Position numbers and translations under genes: made by a program
In this document: piece by piece, positions 43,708 through 53,958 of the stretch
How the letters are laid out: each line of letters opens with the position of its first letter
Numbering within the stretch: the stretch's first letter is position 1
Source: a virus
Taxonomy: Duplodnaviria > Caudoviricetes
Virus record (IMG/VR): IMGVR_UViG_3300028908_000010
Coordinates: 1-60,947 of that record
Direction: 5' to 3' (one strand)
Length of the DNA: 60,947 nucleotides
The notes under the pieces: generated by a model
The model's input: the letters and a program-made list of their open reading frames with translations, nothing else
Databases searched by the model: none
What the model was told of the DNA's origin: nothing

Positions 43708-45980
43708 CTACGCCTCCTCGTAGGAGTAGCAAATATTGTTATGCTCTTTAGTTCAAAGTTATTCTTCAGTTTCAATTTAATATTTAAATATCTGTTATCC
43801 ACATTCTGGGCAGTTCTACGGGTAATCCCTTTGCCAATGACTACCCGCCATTCTTCCCCAGTTATCCAAGGTTCTATTTCGTAGGTATAATTACCAGCAA
43901 TCAATTCGCCAATTGATTGGTCTGGTTGGTCTGTATACCCAGTTATAAACACTTCAAGATAATGGTTTACAACTTTCTTATGGAGGTCAATATTTCCAAG
44001 ATCAATTATAAAATATTCTGTATTTGCAATTCTTGAAACTGCTTTAGTTGCTGTATTTATAATAACTCCTTGAAATTCAACACCTTCCACTTGAGGATAT
44101 GTTCCAGAAGCAAGTATCAATGACCCGTTCTGGTAAATATCATTAATAGAAGCTATATCTTTCAATTCTACTGCCTCTAATAGCAAGGAAGGTAAAGCAA
44201 TCTTACAAGATATGGTAGGTAATACAATTAAAGAAGAACTCAGTTCCATTATAGGTAATAGTATACTCATTTCTCCTGAATCGCTACCACAATAGGCAAT
44301 CCCATTGGTATCAATAGATGGAAGATCTATATCCACAGTCGATGCCCCAGGTTGGTAGGCTAACCCAGAAGTGGTCAATGATTCTGTCTCTAATACACCT
44401 ATTAGAGAAAAGGGAATTTCCAGTTGTCCATTTGCATCCAGACTTAATCGTAAATCACAGGTAGCCACAACAGGAAGTAATAAAGTAGAATCTATAACTG
44501 GTAAAGATAATTTCAGAATAGCTTTTCCAGCTTCCAAAATGTGTGCTTCCAACGAATTTAAATATAGTCCCATATCTGCCTGTCTATCTGTAAGAGCCTC
44601 ACAGGAGGTCTGTATTAGCTCTAATTCCACTTTCACAGAGGCAGATAAAGGAGTGCTGGCAACCATTTCGAATGTTAATTCGTTCTCAGCCTCAGAAAAC
44701 TCATTTGCAAAGGTATTGGTTTCAATGTCAAAATCAAGAACAGACATCATATAATTATGTTCAGCAAGGATAGAAAACTGAAGTTCTTTTCTAAGGTCAT
44801 TCTGCCCAGCAAACATATTGAAGGATAAAGAAGCAATACAGGCATAGATGTCATGTTTTGCTTGCATTGAAAAGCCAAGAAAACCATTTATACGATTATT
44901 CTGTATATAACCTTCTCCTATGAAAGATAACAGAAGGTCCTTCCACATACCCTGTTGTCCTGCTCTTATATCAAAACTGATTGGATTATTAACACCAAGA
45001 CTTAGGCCATAACAATCAAAACCAGCATCAGCATACATATGATTCTCTATTGCAGTATGAACTAAAATAGAGTGTTGAGGGTATATATCCCCCCCATAAG
45101 GAAAAGGCCACTCATGAGCTGTTGCTACCACCTGATTATTTGTTACTACTATACCTCTACCACCCTGTCTTGCCGTGTTTGAATCCACTTCAAAATAATT
45201 TCCAGAAAAAGTTAAAGATAAATTAGAATTAATCTTATATTCTCTAACTTTTCTATCTTTACAAATGATATAAACCTGCCCTAACTGTTTACACACTCCT
45301 ATACCACGAGGCTCTTCATCTTCCGATAGTCCTGAAATACCAGCACTATTTAAAGGAACAATATCAAACGGATTAACAGAATTAAGCTTCCATACGCTTA
45401 CCCTTCTGTTTCCCTCTTCAGCTACAAAGAGATAACTATCATAAAAAACACATTGAACAGGATGGTAAAACTGCCCTGTCAGGCTTCCATAAGTTCCAAA
45501 ATGTCCTTTATAATTTCCATCAAGATCAGTAACGAGAATTCTATTCGCTCCTGTATCACAATGAAAAAGATATTGATTTTGATAGACAGTAACAGACCAC
45601 CATTGAAAAGAATCAATACCTTGCAGGTCATCAACATTCGTTCCTTTAGTCAGAATTGGAGTAAAAGTAGGATAATCAGAAGGAGGGTCACCAGTAAAAG
45701 CAAACCATCCTACCTTGTTTTCCCCAAAATTATAGAAATAGATGCGATTATTACATATTAGTCCTGTTCCTAAACAGGAATGATCATCATCCCCAGAAAA
45801 AATTTTCCGTTCCCACAACAAAGCACCACTATAATTATATGCCCTTAAAAAAGCATCACTAACTAATGCCCTCCACATAAACCAATAATTATCATCTCCA
45901 AATACACCATAATCACGAGAAAGATACCCCCAAATACGATTTCTATCAGAGTTAAGATGTATTTCGTTTAGTAAAGCCAT
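43704..45980 (-). CDS. Tail/fibre protein with NHL-repeat beta-propeller
   Basis: DTGANRI...FGTYGSLTGQFYHP...LFVAEEGNRRV. Confidence 0.65.
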   Translation of the reverse strand: MALLNEIHLNSDRNRIWGYLSRDYGVFGDDNYWFMWRALVSDAFLRAYNYSGALLWERKIFSGDDDHSCLGTGLICNNRIYFYNFGENKVGWFAFTGDPPSDYPTFTPILTKGTNVDDLQGIDSFQWWSVTVYQNQYLFHCDTGANRILVTDLDGNYKGHFGTYGSLTGQFYHPVQCVFYDSYLFVAEEGNRRVSVWKLNSVNPFDIVPLNSAGISGLSEDEEPRGIGVCKQLGQVYIICKDRKVREYKINSNLSLTFSGNYFEVDSNTARQGGRGIVVTNNQVVATAHEWPFPYGGDIYPQHSILVHTAIENHMYADAGFDCYGLSLGVNNPISFDIRAGQQGMWKDLLLSFIGEGYIQNNRINGFLGFSMQAKHDIYACIASLSFNMFAGQNDLRKELQFSILAEHNYMMSVLDFDIETNTFANEFSEAENELTFEMVASTPLSASVKVELELIQTSCEALTDRQADMGLYLNSLEAHILEAGKAILKLSLPVIDSTLLLPVVATCDLRLSLDANGQLEIPFSLIGVLETESLTTSGLAYQPGASTVDIDLPSIDTNGIAYCGSDSGEMSILLPIMELSSSLIVLPTISCKIALPSLLLEAVELKDIASINDIYQNGSLILASGTYPQVEGVEFQGVIINTATKAVSRIANTEYFIIDLGNIDLHKKVVNHYLEVFITGYTDQPDQSIGELIAGNYTYEIEPWITGEEWRVVIGKGITRRTAQNVDNRYLNIKLKLKNNFELKSITIFATPTRRRR

Positions 45981-45983
45981 ATC

Positions 45984-46841
45984 TTATAGTGTCTCTGGTA
46001 TACTTATTCTAAATACTGATATAGTTTGTATTGAACCACTGGAAATGTCTGTATCTGCCATAATCAATTCTGCATTTGCAGTCCCTACAGCACCATCTAT
46101 CCTACAGTCATTTTCACTGTAAACCTCTGAGTCTCCATTGGTTATAAGTCTAAACCACCCAGCAGTTCCAGTTGCTACAGCCCATCCACTCCAATTGTCA
46201 GTAGGTTTCTTATCTATAGAAGCATTGCTTGCCTCATCAAATTCAAGGTCAAATTCACCAGAAGCGTTTGTAGTAATTTCAACTAATTTTGTTCCGATGG
46301 GAGCTTCATCAGGTGAAGTTGGCTGAGCACCCGTATAGATTATGAGTTTTGAGTTTTTAAAGATTTCCTTGAGAGAAGAAGATTCCCATTTACACTTTAC
46401 TTCATCAAACAAAGAAGTATCATTAGCTACAACAGAATTTACCTGAAGAGTAATATAAATAGTATTTACAGTATCTGGAACGTCTATAAGAAATAAATGT
46501 TTTGTCCAATCAGAATCATCCAGAGCCTCATCAACGTAAGACCCATCATTCGCACTTGTTCCAATCTTTATACGCCCAGTAGTTGTCCCATTCTTATGGT
46601 AAATTTCTATCATATATCTATGTCCCTTCTTCACAATCTGAGCTTGATAAGCATACCCATTTGCAGAGGTTGTATTAGTTACTTGGAGGCAATTACCATC
46701 CTGCCCCCCAGAAACAGATGCAAGAGTAGCATCTATAGCACTCCATCCTGACGTATCCGCAGTAAAAGACCCATTCTCAACTGTATCCACAGTCTTTCCA
46801 AGCAATTTATTCCTTAATCCTGTTGAAAACCTAAAAGCCAT
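45984..46841 (-). CDS. Tail-associated protein with inserted CBM-like domain
   Basis: NGSFTADTSGW insert within an STGL...IYTG..P...GTAGWFR...RIDG.VG scaffold. Confidence 0.65.
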   Translation of the reverse strand: MAFRFSTGLRNKLLGKTVDTVENGSFTADTSGWSAIDATLASVSGGQDGNCLQVTNTTSANGYAYQAQIVKKGHRYMIEIYHKNGTTTGRIKIGTSANDGSYVDEALDDSDWTKHLFLIDVPDTVNTIYITLQVNSVVANDTSLFDEVKCKWESSSLKEIFKNSKLIIYTGAQPTSPDEAPIGTKLVEITTNASGEFDLEFDEASNASIDKKPTDNWSGWAVATGTAGWFRLITNGDSEVYSENDCRIDGAVGTANAELIMADTDISSGSIQTISVFRISIPETL

Positions 46842-46847
46842 AATTAT

Positions 46848-48653
46848 TTACCTCCCTAATAATCTTTCTTTATCAATACATTTTAAATTCTCACCATTGA
46901 TATACCATTTTTTACCTTTGGATTGAAGTAAAACCATATCCTGAAAGACTCTACTCCCAGCAAGAGCATAATTAATACTTGGAGGAATTCCCTCTGGAGC
47001 AATAAAGAACCCTGCATAGGGAACATGAGGAATCATGATAATATCAGAATAATTATGATTGGGCAAAGAATTAAAACCCTTTTTCCTCTGATATTTAGGA
47101 AAATTTAAGTCCCTCCATTGAGTAAATGGAATAAGATAAGGTCCTCCATGAGTCATAGGGTTTGACCATCCCAACCCTCCATACCCAAAGTCTGCATCGT
47201 CTACTACCTGCACCCCAAACCAATTCCAATTTTGTAATAAAGGATTCCTGAAGGCAAGAATAAAATCTTCTCTTTGGTCATATCCAGATTCTGTCTCTAT
47301 AATACTTGCTCTGAATTTAGATTCAGATTCAAATGCTCCCCACATATAAGAAAAAGAACGAATAAATCTGATTTCAGAACAAAAAGTAATTTTATTTTTT
47401 CTTAATAAAGAAATAGACGGACAAATTGCCCACTGACCATTATAACCACAAAAAATAAGAGAGTCAGAAGCATAAGCATCTCCATTATAACAATTCTTGG
47501 ATGTAGTATACTCAATATGAGTTCTACCTATATTGCCATAATTAACAATTGTAGCAGTAAGATTCTCTGCATCTTCTCCTGGAAAAGAGACAAAGTAAAT
47601 ATCATTTTTATTCAGAACTTTAACTCCATAAATGTTGTATTTTACTTCCCTATCTTTCTGTCGCTGGATGTCATAATCAACATAAACTCCTGTATCATAA
47701 CGTCTTAAACACCAAATCCTATTGGTATCCTCAAGAATAAGGGAATAATCTCCATACTTTAAGCAGGAATAAACCCTATCCCTTATTCTGGGATTGGGTT
47801 TATAACCAGGATCAAGATTCTCTTCGGAAGGTGGACATTCACCGTAAGTAATCCCCACTGGATTAAAAGAGTCTTCCCAAATATCATTCCATACTTGAGT
47901 CTTATCCATCTGAACATAGGCTTCCTTGATAAAATCGTCTACATAAATATCCTGGATAAGAATCACTCTTTTAGAAAAATTCTTTTTAATATGAGCCAGC
48001 TCCTGCCAGAAATAGTATCCGTATAAAGAGTGTCCTGGGTCTTCTGGATTTCTATTTCTGCACCAGGGGTTTTCATCATAACTCCAAGTCTCATTATGAT
48101 AATAATATGATCCCAGTTTTGTTACATCTGCAAGCATCCTATCAAAGTCAAGAGAAAGTTTGTATCTACTTACTTCACCATAAGTTATGCCAGCCTTATG
48201 ACATAATAACTTTTCAAGATTAGGATGGTTATAGTAATAGTAGTCCTCAACAAGGGTTTTGGACACCAGCTCGGAATGTTTCAAATAAACTATATACTCA
48301 AGAGGATTGGAAAGATTAAATCTCCCACAAATAATATCACTAAAAGAAATAGATGCAGAAATGTTTGTATGAGGAACAAAAATAATATCTATACACCCAG
48401 CAGAAAGGACTCGCCAAAACTCAAGCTCAAAATCATTGACATCGTTCCATTTATATACAGCAATAAGAAGAATGCTTGTCAGTTCTGGTTTATCCGCCCT
48501 GATACGGATATAGTTTTGATCCCCCTTGCATATTTCAATATAAGCATCCCCAATTCTATAAACTTTCTTCCCAGAAGACAGTTGTTTCCATAGATGTCTT
48601 GCTAATCCAACATAATTATGAGCATCATTCCCATATAATATCTTTTTAACCAT
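46848..48653 (-). CDS. Hypothetical structural protein, 601 aa
   Basis: Aromatic-rich, in the tail region. Confidence 0.6.
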   Translation of the reverse strand: MVKKILYGNDAHNYVGLARHLWKQLSSGKKVYRIGDAYIEICKGDQNYIRIRADKPELTSILLIAVYKWNDVNDFELEFWRVLSAGCIDIIFVPHTNISASISFSDIICGRFNLSNPLEYIVYLKHSELVSKTLVEDYYYYNHPNLEKLLCHKAGITYGEVSRYKLSLDFDRMLADVTKLGSYYYHNETWSYDENPWCRNRNPEDPGHSLYGYYFWQELAHIKKNFSKRVILIQDIYVDDFIKEAYVQMDKTQVWNDIWEDSFNPVGITYGECPPSEENLDPGYKPNPRIRDRVYSCLKYGDYSLILEDTNRIWCLRRYDTGVYVDYDIQRQKDREVKYNIYGVKVLNKNDIYFVSFPGEDAENLTATIVNYGNIGRTHIEYTTSKNCYNGDAYASDSLIFCGYNGQWAICPSISLLRKNKITFCSEIRFIRSFSYMWGAFESESKFRASIIETESGYDQREDFILAFRNPLLQNWNWFGVQVVDDADFGYGGLGWSNPMTHGGPYLIPFTQWRDLNFPKYQRKKGFNSLPNHNYSDIIMIPHVPYAGFFIAPEGIPPSINYALAGSRVFQDMVLLQSKGKKWYINGENLKCIDKERLLGR

Positions 48654-49443
48654 TTGTCATAGGCACTCTTATAGAAAACGCCCCAATTGTTACAACAGTG
48701 TTTGCAGACAAAGTAGAAGACCCAGATAACTGTAATGGAGAATCTGCGAGTGTCCCAACAGTTCCCTGCACACGAAGTTTTGTTGAGTCTGAGCCACCAG
48801 TATCATCATTTGCCTTTATTCTAAAATAAGAAGCTGTCCCACTTGCAACTACAGTTCCCTTCCAGGTATCTCCTGCCTTCTCCAAAATTCCATTAGAAAT
48901 TCCTTGAGGACTTTCAAAATGGAGACCTTTACCTCTTATATTAGCTACCAATTCTGTTACATTACTTACAGTAATGTCACCACTGGCAACGGCTGATACA
49001 GAGAAAGAGTCTCCTTTAAACTTCGAGCTTATTACAACTGTCCCAGTCCCGCAAGCCACTGCTCTTACAAGTTCAGATTGATTGTTTATAATATTAGCAA
49101 CAGCCTGAGCCATTTTGAGGAGAGTATCCTCAGAAGAAGATTTTGTATATTGTATTACTTCATTGTTCCCCGAAGGATTTATAGGAGTAATTGTCACAGT
49201 AATTGTATCCCCATTACTCCCCAGAGCAGTTATATCAAAAGAATTTACCTGAGCTACAGATGCAGACCATGAATCTCCATCTGTAGTAATGGTTACAAGT
49301 TTTGTTCCACTCTCTGCATCATCGGCACTGGATGGAACAGCCCCAGAAAAAATTTCTAAAACAAAATCAGTAAGAAGCTCCTTCAAAGACCCTTTGCTTG
49401 CAAGTGCCTTTGATAACCCTGTTGAAATAACTATATTTCCCAT
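48646..49443 (-). CDS. Tail-associated protein, paralogue of 45984-46841
   Basis: STGL...IFSG..P...GTKLV...GTASYFR...RVQG.VG. Confidence 0.65.
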   Translation of the reverse strand: MGNIVISTGLSKALASKGSLKELLTDFVLEIFSGAVPSSADDAESGTKLVTITTDGDSWSASVAQVNSFDITALGSNGDTITVTITPINPSGNNEVIQYTKSSSEDTLLKMAQAVANIINNQSELVRAVACGTGTVVISSKFKGDSFSVSAVASGDITVSNVTELVANIRGKGLHFESPQGISNGILEKAGDTWKGTVVASGTASYFRIKANDDTGGSDSTKLRVQGTVGTLADSPLQLSGSSTLSANTVVTIGAFSIRVPMTNG

Positions 49444-49454
49444 AAATTACCTCC

Positions 49455-49474
49455 AAATGAAAACGTTTTCATTT
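49455..49474. promoter_or_regulatory. Dispersed palindrome, 20-bp extended form
   Basis: AAATGAAAACGTTTTCATTT; supplies a stop codon and abuts the next SD. Confidence 0.85.
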
Positions 49475-50170
49475 TTTTGGTGCACATAAAAACAAAAAAT
49501 ATTGACCATATTTATCTACTTTTGTTGCTACATGAACATAATCAAATTCTTGTAATATATTTGAATGTTGAGGAGTAAGCTCCCTAATATTATTCTCAGA
49601 TGCAATATAAATTCCTCGATGGGTAGGGATAACCACTACTTGTGTTCCAGCAGGAATCTCTCCCATTGGCTTTTCAAGAACTGTAACTCCAATACCACCA
49701 CACGCAGGAGAAGAAATAATCTTCTTTACTACAGGAGCATCAGAACTGAAAGTTAACAAATATACATTTTTGACAGTAGAAATATATAATGCCCAACGAG
49801 GAGTCTCCCCATCTGGATTTATACTCAATGCTTTGACCATCGAATCAAATATAATGGGTCTTAGAGATTCATCTTCAAAATGGTAGCCCCCAGAAGCAAT
49901 AGAACCAAAAAGTTTACTATAATAAAGAAGGTTTCCATCTACCAACCATTCTCTACCCAATCCTCTGAATGTAAAATCTCTAAAAGGAGGAACATGAGCT
50001 TCCCCAATAAAAGTTAAATCAGAAACAGGCTGTTGCTTCAAAGATAAAACATCAGTAGGAAACGCATTAATCAGAAGAGGAGAAAAAGGTGTTTCTTCAG
50101 AGAATGTATATGTAGGAGGTAATTCTGCTTCCCCAGAAAATTTATATGTTCTCAATAAAACCTGTTTCAT
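49469..50170 (-). CDS. Putative tail/nozzle-related protein
   Basis: Follows the adaptor gene; beta-rich. Confidence 0.45.
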   Translation of the reverse strand: MKQVLLRTYKFSGEAELPPTYTFSEETPFSPLLINAFPTDVLSLKQQPVSDLTFIGEAHVPPFRDFTFRGLGREWLVDGNLLYYSKLFGSIASGGYHFEDESLRPIIFDSMVKALSINPDGETPRWALYISTVKNVYLLTFSSDAPVVKKIISSPACGGIGVTVLEKPMGEIPAGTQVVVIPTHRGIYIASENNIRELTPQHSNILQEFDYVHVATKVDKYGQYFLFLCAPKK

Positions 50171-50787
50171 AGTAACCCTGGATGTTTTAAAGTAACATTA
50201 ATATGACTATACCTTAGTCTATCAAGGTCTTTCTTGACTCTGCTTTTCTTTAATTCCCATTTTTTCTCGTATTTCAGAGCCAATTGAGAAACAACTTCAG
50301 ATTCAGTTTTATCAAATGCCATTGTAATAACCCCATATATCAAATAATGTGAATACTTAGTAGGAATAGCATCATCAATGTCTGTATCTTCTGGAATAGC
50401 ACTACCTCTAACAGTTATATTGTTATTTCCATCTTGAGTGGGGGTGCAATGTAATAAAAATTTACCAATAACATAGTCAAGACAATAATATTTTACTGTT
50501 CCAGTCTGTCCTTTCATAGAACCAACAAAAGAAAATGGAACTTTTGTAAGGTCGCTCCCATCAACAGAAATTCCCTGAACGTTTATTAAAGAACCTGGAA
50601 CAGTATATAAATACTGATTAGCTACAGTAGACATTGGAACAGACTTTATAAAAATACCTGTATCTTCACAGAAATCCTTAACTGCCATATCATAGTAGAA
50701 ATCCATTTCCTCAGATTTCCACAAATACGGCAATTCCTCATCAGCCAATAATCTTCTAACTTGTTCAAGAACTTCTGCTCTTGTCAT
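50167..50787 (-). CDS. Head-tail adaptor protein
   Basis: VRRLLAD...W...E...Y...A N-terminus, IP...H.YL; position after capsid genes. Confidence 0.7.
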   Translation of the reverse strand: MTRAEVLEQVRRLLADEELPYLWKSEEMDFYYDMAVKDFCEDTGIFIKSVPMSTVANQYLYTVPGSLINVQGISVDGSDLTKVPFSFVGSMKGQTGTVKYYCLDYVIGKFLLHCTPTQDGNNNITVRGSAIPEDTDIDDAIPTKYSHYLIYGVITMAFDKTESEVVSQLALKYEKKWELKKSRVKKDLDRLRYSHINVTLKHPGLL

Positions 50788-50960
50788 TATTTCTCACCAG
50801 GTTTCTTCCAGTAAGGAATCATATCACCCCTTTCAGCAGTAATATGATGATAGGGATAAATCCTTCCAGTAGGCACATGCTTTAAGTATGGAGGATTTTC
50901 CTTTTTAGGTTTGGATTCAGTTATTAAAGTCTTATTTTCGGATTTCTTTTTCACAGTCAT
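50787..50960 (-). CDS. Small 57-aa protein (not in ORF track)
   Basis: MTVKKKSENK...GRIYPY...RGDMIPY; AGGAGG SD. Confidence 0.65.
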   Translation of the reverse strand: MTVKKKSENKTLITESKPKKENPPYLKHVPTGRIYPYHHITAERGDMIPYWKKPGEK

Positions 50961-50972
50961 AAACCACCTCCT

Positions 50973-51003
50973 AAAAAATAAAAAAGGGGCATAAAGCCCC
51001 CTT
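50973..51003 (-). terminator. Rho-independent terminator after the capsid genes
   Basis: GGGGC-TTTAT-GCCCC followed by a T-run on the minus strand. Confidence 0.8.
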
Positions 51004-51007
51004 GAGA

Positions 51008-51463
51008 TTATATCATCTTTATACAGAAAGCTCTTATCTTTACTTTACCCTTTACAGTAGTAGCATCCACCCAAGTGGGCACTACATCTATAGTATCATC
51101 CGTAGTATAACGTTTACCAGATATAGAATAAGCATCAGCAGAACCAGTGCAAACTATTGTTCCAGCACTTGCTTTAAGGTTCACATCACCATCATAACCA
51201 TCTACATCATCCCCATCTCCAACAGTTAGTGTTGCAGATGTAGCAGAATCAGCAGATGTTACAATTTCAGTCTCCACAAAAAGAACCCTAACACCAGCTT
51301 CTATAGGAATAGCTTGAATAGTATCTCCACTATTTACAGTAACAGAGTTTCCACTACTATCAGTAAGATTGTCAAAGTCTATCTCACGTTCGGCTACAAA
51401 GGTCTTCCCAGCAGACTTAAAGGGAATACCAGTCGAAACTTTTATTATATTTATGGTTGCCAT
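51008..51463 (-). CDS. Putative capsid decoration/cement protein
   Basis: Directly after MCP, before the terminator; T.TVGD.DD.DG beta-sandwich pattern. Confidence 0.6.
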   Translation of the reverse strand: MATINIIKVSTGIPFKSAGKTFVAEREIDFDNLTDSSGNSVTVNSGDTIQAIPIEAGVRVLFVETEIVTSADSATSATLTVGDGDDVDGYDGDVNLKASAGTIVCTGSADAYSISGKRYTTDDTIDVVPTWVDATTVKGKVKIRAFCIKMI

Positions 51464-51480
51464 AGTTTACACCTCCTCAA

Positions 51481-52401
51481 TTATACTTCACAATAAAGAA
51501 CTCCAAGACTTCCAGGCTGTATAACTTTAAAGTCATAAACAGTAAGTCCTTTCATTGCTTCTGCAAAAGTATCTTGTGGACTATAGGTTTCCTCTTTCAC
51601 AAGCTGTATCACATACACAAGAGCAGATTTATGACCAAAATAGATATAAGTGCAGTTTGTCCCACCATCATCCACAATAGGAAGTAAATTGGAAATATAT
51701 ATATTGAAGTTATCTATGCTTCCTATCAGTCCGCTCCTAAGAGGAGAAACTCTATCTCCAGTAATAGAAGCATCTCTCAAATCAGACTTTTTTATCATTC
51801 CAGCAATATGAGGAGGAAGAATCAAGAACCTATCTGTTCTTGGACGATTCTGTTCATCAAGAACAACACCCATATCCACGATATAGTCAAGAATATTTGT
51901 CTTAGATAGAGCTACAGGAGCACCAGTAGTCCCAAGATTGAACCTACCAGTTTTAGCACCAGCATTTGTTCCTTGATTAGCTGGGTCTGCATCTACATAT
52001 ATAGATGCAAATACTTCGCTATCTTGCTCTATCTTCAATTGTTCACTGGCATCATCAGCATATTTACTCATCATATTCAAATCAAACTGCTTGAGGTCAA
52101 TGTCATCGAGAGCAAAGTTGTAGTATTTAGCACGGTTTATTGTAAATTCTATATAAGGGCTTTCTGGATACTCAAGTTCCAGCTTTTGACCCTTTTTGTA
52201 TGGACGTATGGTAATTGAAGGAACAGTCCTAATATAGACTGTATCCCCCATATTTTTTACATCTCCTACATAATCGGTAGTAGCTATATTAGCTACTGTA
52301 GATGTATCATAAAATTTTTCGAGAGTCTTCCCCGCAAAAATTACAGGTATGTTTTTAGTAGCATTATAGTCTGGATAACCAGTTACTCTTGGCACTGGCA
52401 T
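51481..52401 (-). CDS. Major capsid protein (HK97 fold)
   Basis: IP.IF.GK....FY...TDY.GD....GDTV.I...G.I.NF.IY.SN.LP; after the scaffold gene. Confidence 0.85.
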   Translation of the reverse strand: MPVPRVTGYPDYNATKNIPVIFAGKTLEKFYDTSTVANIATTDYVGDVKNMGDTVYIRTVPSITIRPYKKGQKLELEYPESPYIEFTINRAKYYNFALDDIDLKQFDLNMMSKYADDASEQLKIEQDSEVFASIYVDADPANQGTNAGAKTGRFNLGTTGAPVALSKTNILDYIVDMGVVLDEQNRPRTDRFLILPPHIAGMIKKSDLRDASITGDRVSPLRSGLIGSIDNFNIYISNLLPIVDDGGTNCTYIYFGHKSALVYVIQLVKEETYSPQDTFAEAMKGLTVYDFKVIQPGSLGVLYCEV

Positions 52402-52424
52402 AGCATACACCTCCCTATAAAATA

Positions 52425-53222
52425 TTAATCAACTACTCTGCCCTCCAAGATAGCTTGCTTAATTTCGGCTTCTTTTCGGGCTTTTTGCTCTGGGGTATAA
52501 CGCCCAAGAGCACAATCACGGTAAAACTTAGTTATTTCCTCCCGCCTGATGACAGGTTTGGAAGGTGTATTTGGAGTTGATACCTGTCTCCCCACAGGTG
52601 CTACATTTTGTGAGGGCTTAGGTGCTTTTTGTTTTTTATAATCTATAAAAAACTGGGCAACAGTTTTAGCGTCCCCAGCTTCATATGCTTCAAGCATAAG
52701 CTCATGTAAAGTCTTAGTGGAATAACGAGCCTTTTGCTGTAACCATGCAAGAAAATCTGGGTCATCATTAAGTGAGAGCCAATCAGGAACAAAAGCAGAT
52801 AGTTGAGATTCCACAGTAGAAGCTATAAACGGTTTTATCTCTTTTGAAAGTTCTTGCTTGAGATTTTTTATCTCATTACGAGTAACATAATTAGATGTTG
52901 CCTGCTTCAAAGCATCATATAACTCAGGTAAAGTATCTTTAATGCTTTCGAGAGGATCTTGTTGAGGTTCAATTTTTTTCTGCACCATTTCTTTGAGAGT
53001 ATTTAACTCAGTTTTCAATGCCTCATTTTCGGCTTGAAGATTCCGCAATGACACCTGTAGTCTCCCTATTTCAGTATTATATTTCCCTTGTAATGTTTTG
53101 TATTTATGCTCCCACATGTCAGTGGAAGCAGGTTTATCATCGTCATTCTGAGATGGTAAATTCTGAGGATCATCTACAGTTTTGGTTTTATCAATGTTTT
53201 CTTTCTTTATAGCTCCTTGCAT
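52425..53222 (-). CDS. Capsid scaffolding protein
   Basis: WEHKYKTLQGKYN coiled-coil, PDW...F..WL, ends A..EGRV. Confidence 0.75.
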   Translation of the reverse strand: MQGAIKKENIDKTKTVDDPQNLPSQNDDDKPASTDMWEHKYKTLQGKYNTEIGRLQVSLRNLQAENEALKTELNTLKEMVQKKIEPQQDPLESIKDTLPELYDALKQATSNYVTRNEIKNLKQELSKEIKPFIASTVESQLSAFVPDWLSLNDDPDFLAWLQQKARYSTKTLHELMLEAYEAGDAKTVAQFFIDYKKQKAPKPSQNVAPVGRQVSTPNTPSKPVIRREEITKFYRDCALGRYTPEQKARKEAEIKQAILEGRVVD

Positions 53223-53267
53223 AACTAAAACCCCCTTAATTGTATTTTATCGAAAACATTATAAAAG

Positions 53268-53603
53268 TCAACCCTTAAACAGCTTTTCAAAGGATCTAAA
53301 AGGAAAATAAAAAGCTATAATTAACACATAAATCAACCCAATAGTTATATCTATACCCTTAAATGTAAAAATTTTATCTTGGGGAAAATGCCCAGTTAAC
53401 AATTTATTTGCCCAAAAAAATATATGAAATGTCCAAGCAATTCCCTGACGGGTGCAGAGAGGATCGTTTTTAGTTACTGCAAGCATTCTCAAAGTAAGTT
53501 CATGTTTCAACTGATTTGCCTTATCTTTATCCTCGACAAATTGATCTACAATATCGAGACCTTTCTTAACAACCCCACCAAAGATTGAACCAAATATACT
53601 CAT
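53268..53603 (-). CDS. Holin (3TM-type-like)
   Basis: GLDIVDQFVEDKDKA N-terminus, hydrophobic segments, ends RSFEK. Confidence 0.65.
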   Translation of the reverse strand: MSIFGSIFGGVVKKGLDIVDQFVEDKDKANQLKHELTLRMLAVTKNDPLCTRQGIAWTFHIFFWANKLLTGHFPQDKIFTFKGIDITIGLIYVLIIAFYFPFRSFEKLFKG

Positions 53604-53607
53604 ATTA

Positions 53608-53955
53608 TTACCCCCAAGTATTCTTAAACTTTATTTTCTCCGCTATTTTCTCACCATAAACAGGCTCTCCATTCTCGTCCACTCCAATCTGCATCTTTAC
53701 CTTACACCCATCTACAAGCCACTTTTCAACTTCCTCAAGTGTTTTAATTTCAGCAGGCATTTCTGGATATTCCCTTCTTCTGATAAGGAATAAAATCCAT
53801 TCTTTGTTTTGTTCTAACCACTCTTGTGAATCAGTCCCAGATGGTATATTTGCATGCCACTTGTAGATATTTCCAACGTCATCTGTTAGTTGAAAATTAA
53901 CAACCTGTATGCCATTTTCCAATTTTCGTCTTGTGTTGACAAATTTAATTTGCAT
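53608..53955 (-). CDS. Hypothetical protein (possible fibre assembly factor)
   Basis: Follows the fibre-like gene. Confidence 0.5.
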   Translation of the reverse strand: MQIKFVNTRRKLENGIQVVNFQLTDDVGNIYKWHANIPSGTDSQEWLEQNKEWILFLIRRREYPEMPAEIKTLEEVEKWLVDGCKVKMQIGVDENGEPVYGEKIAEKIKFKNTWG

Positions 53956-53958
53956 ATC

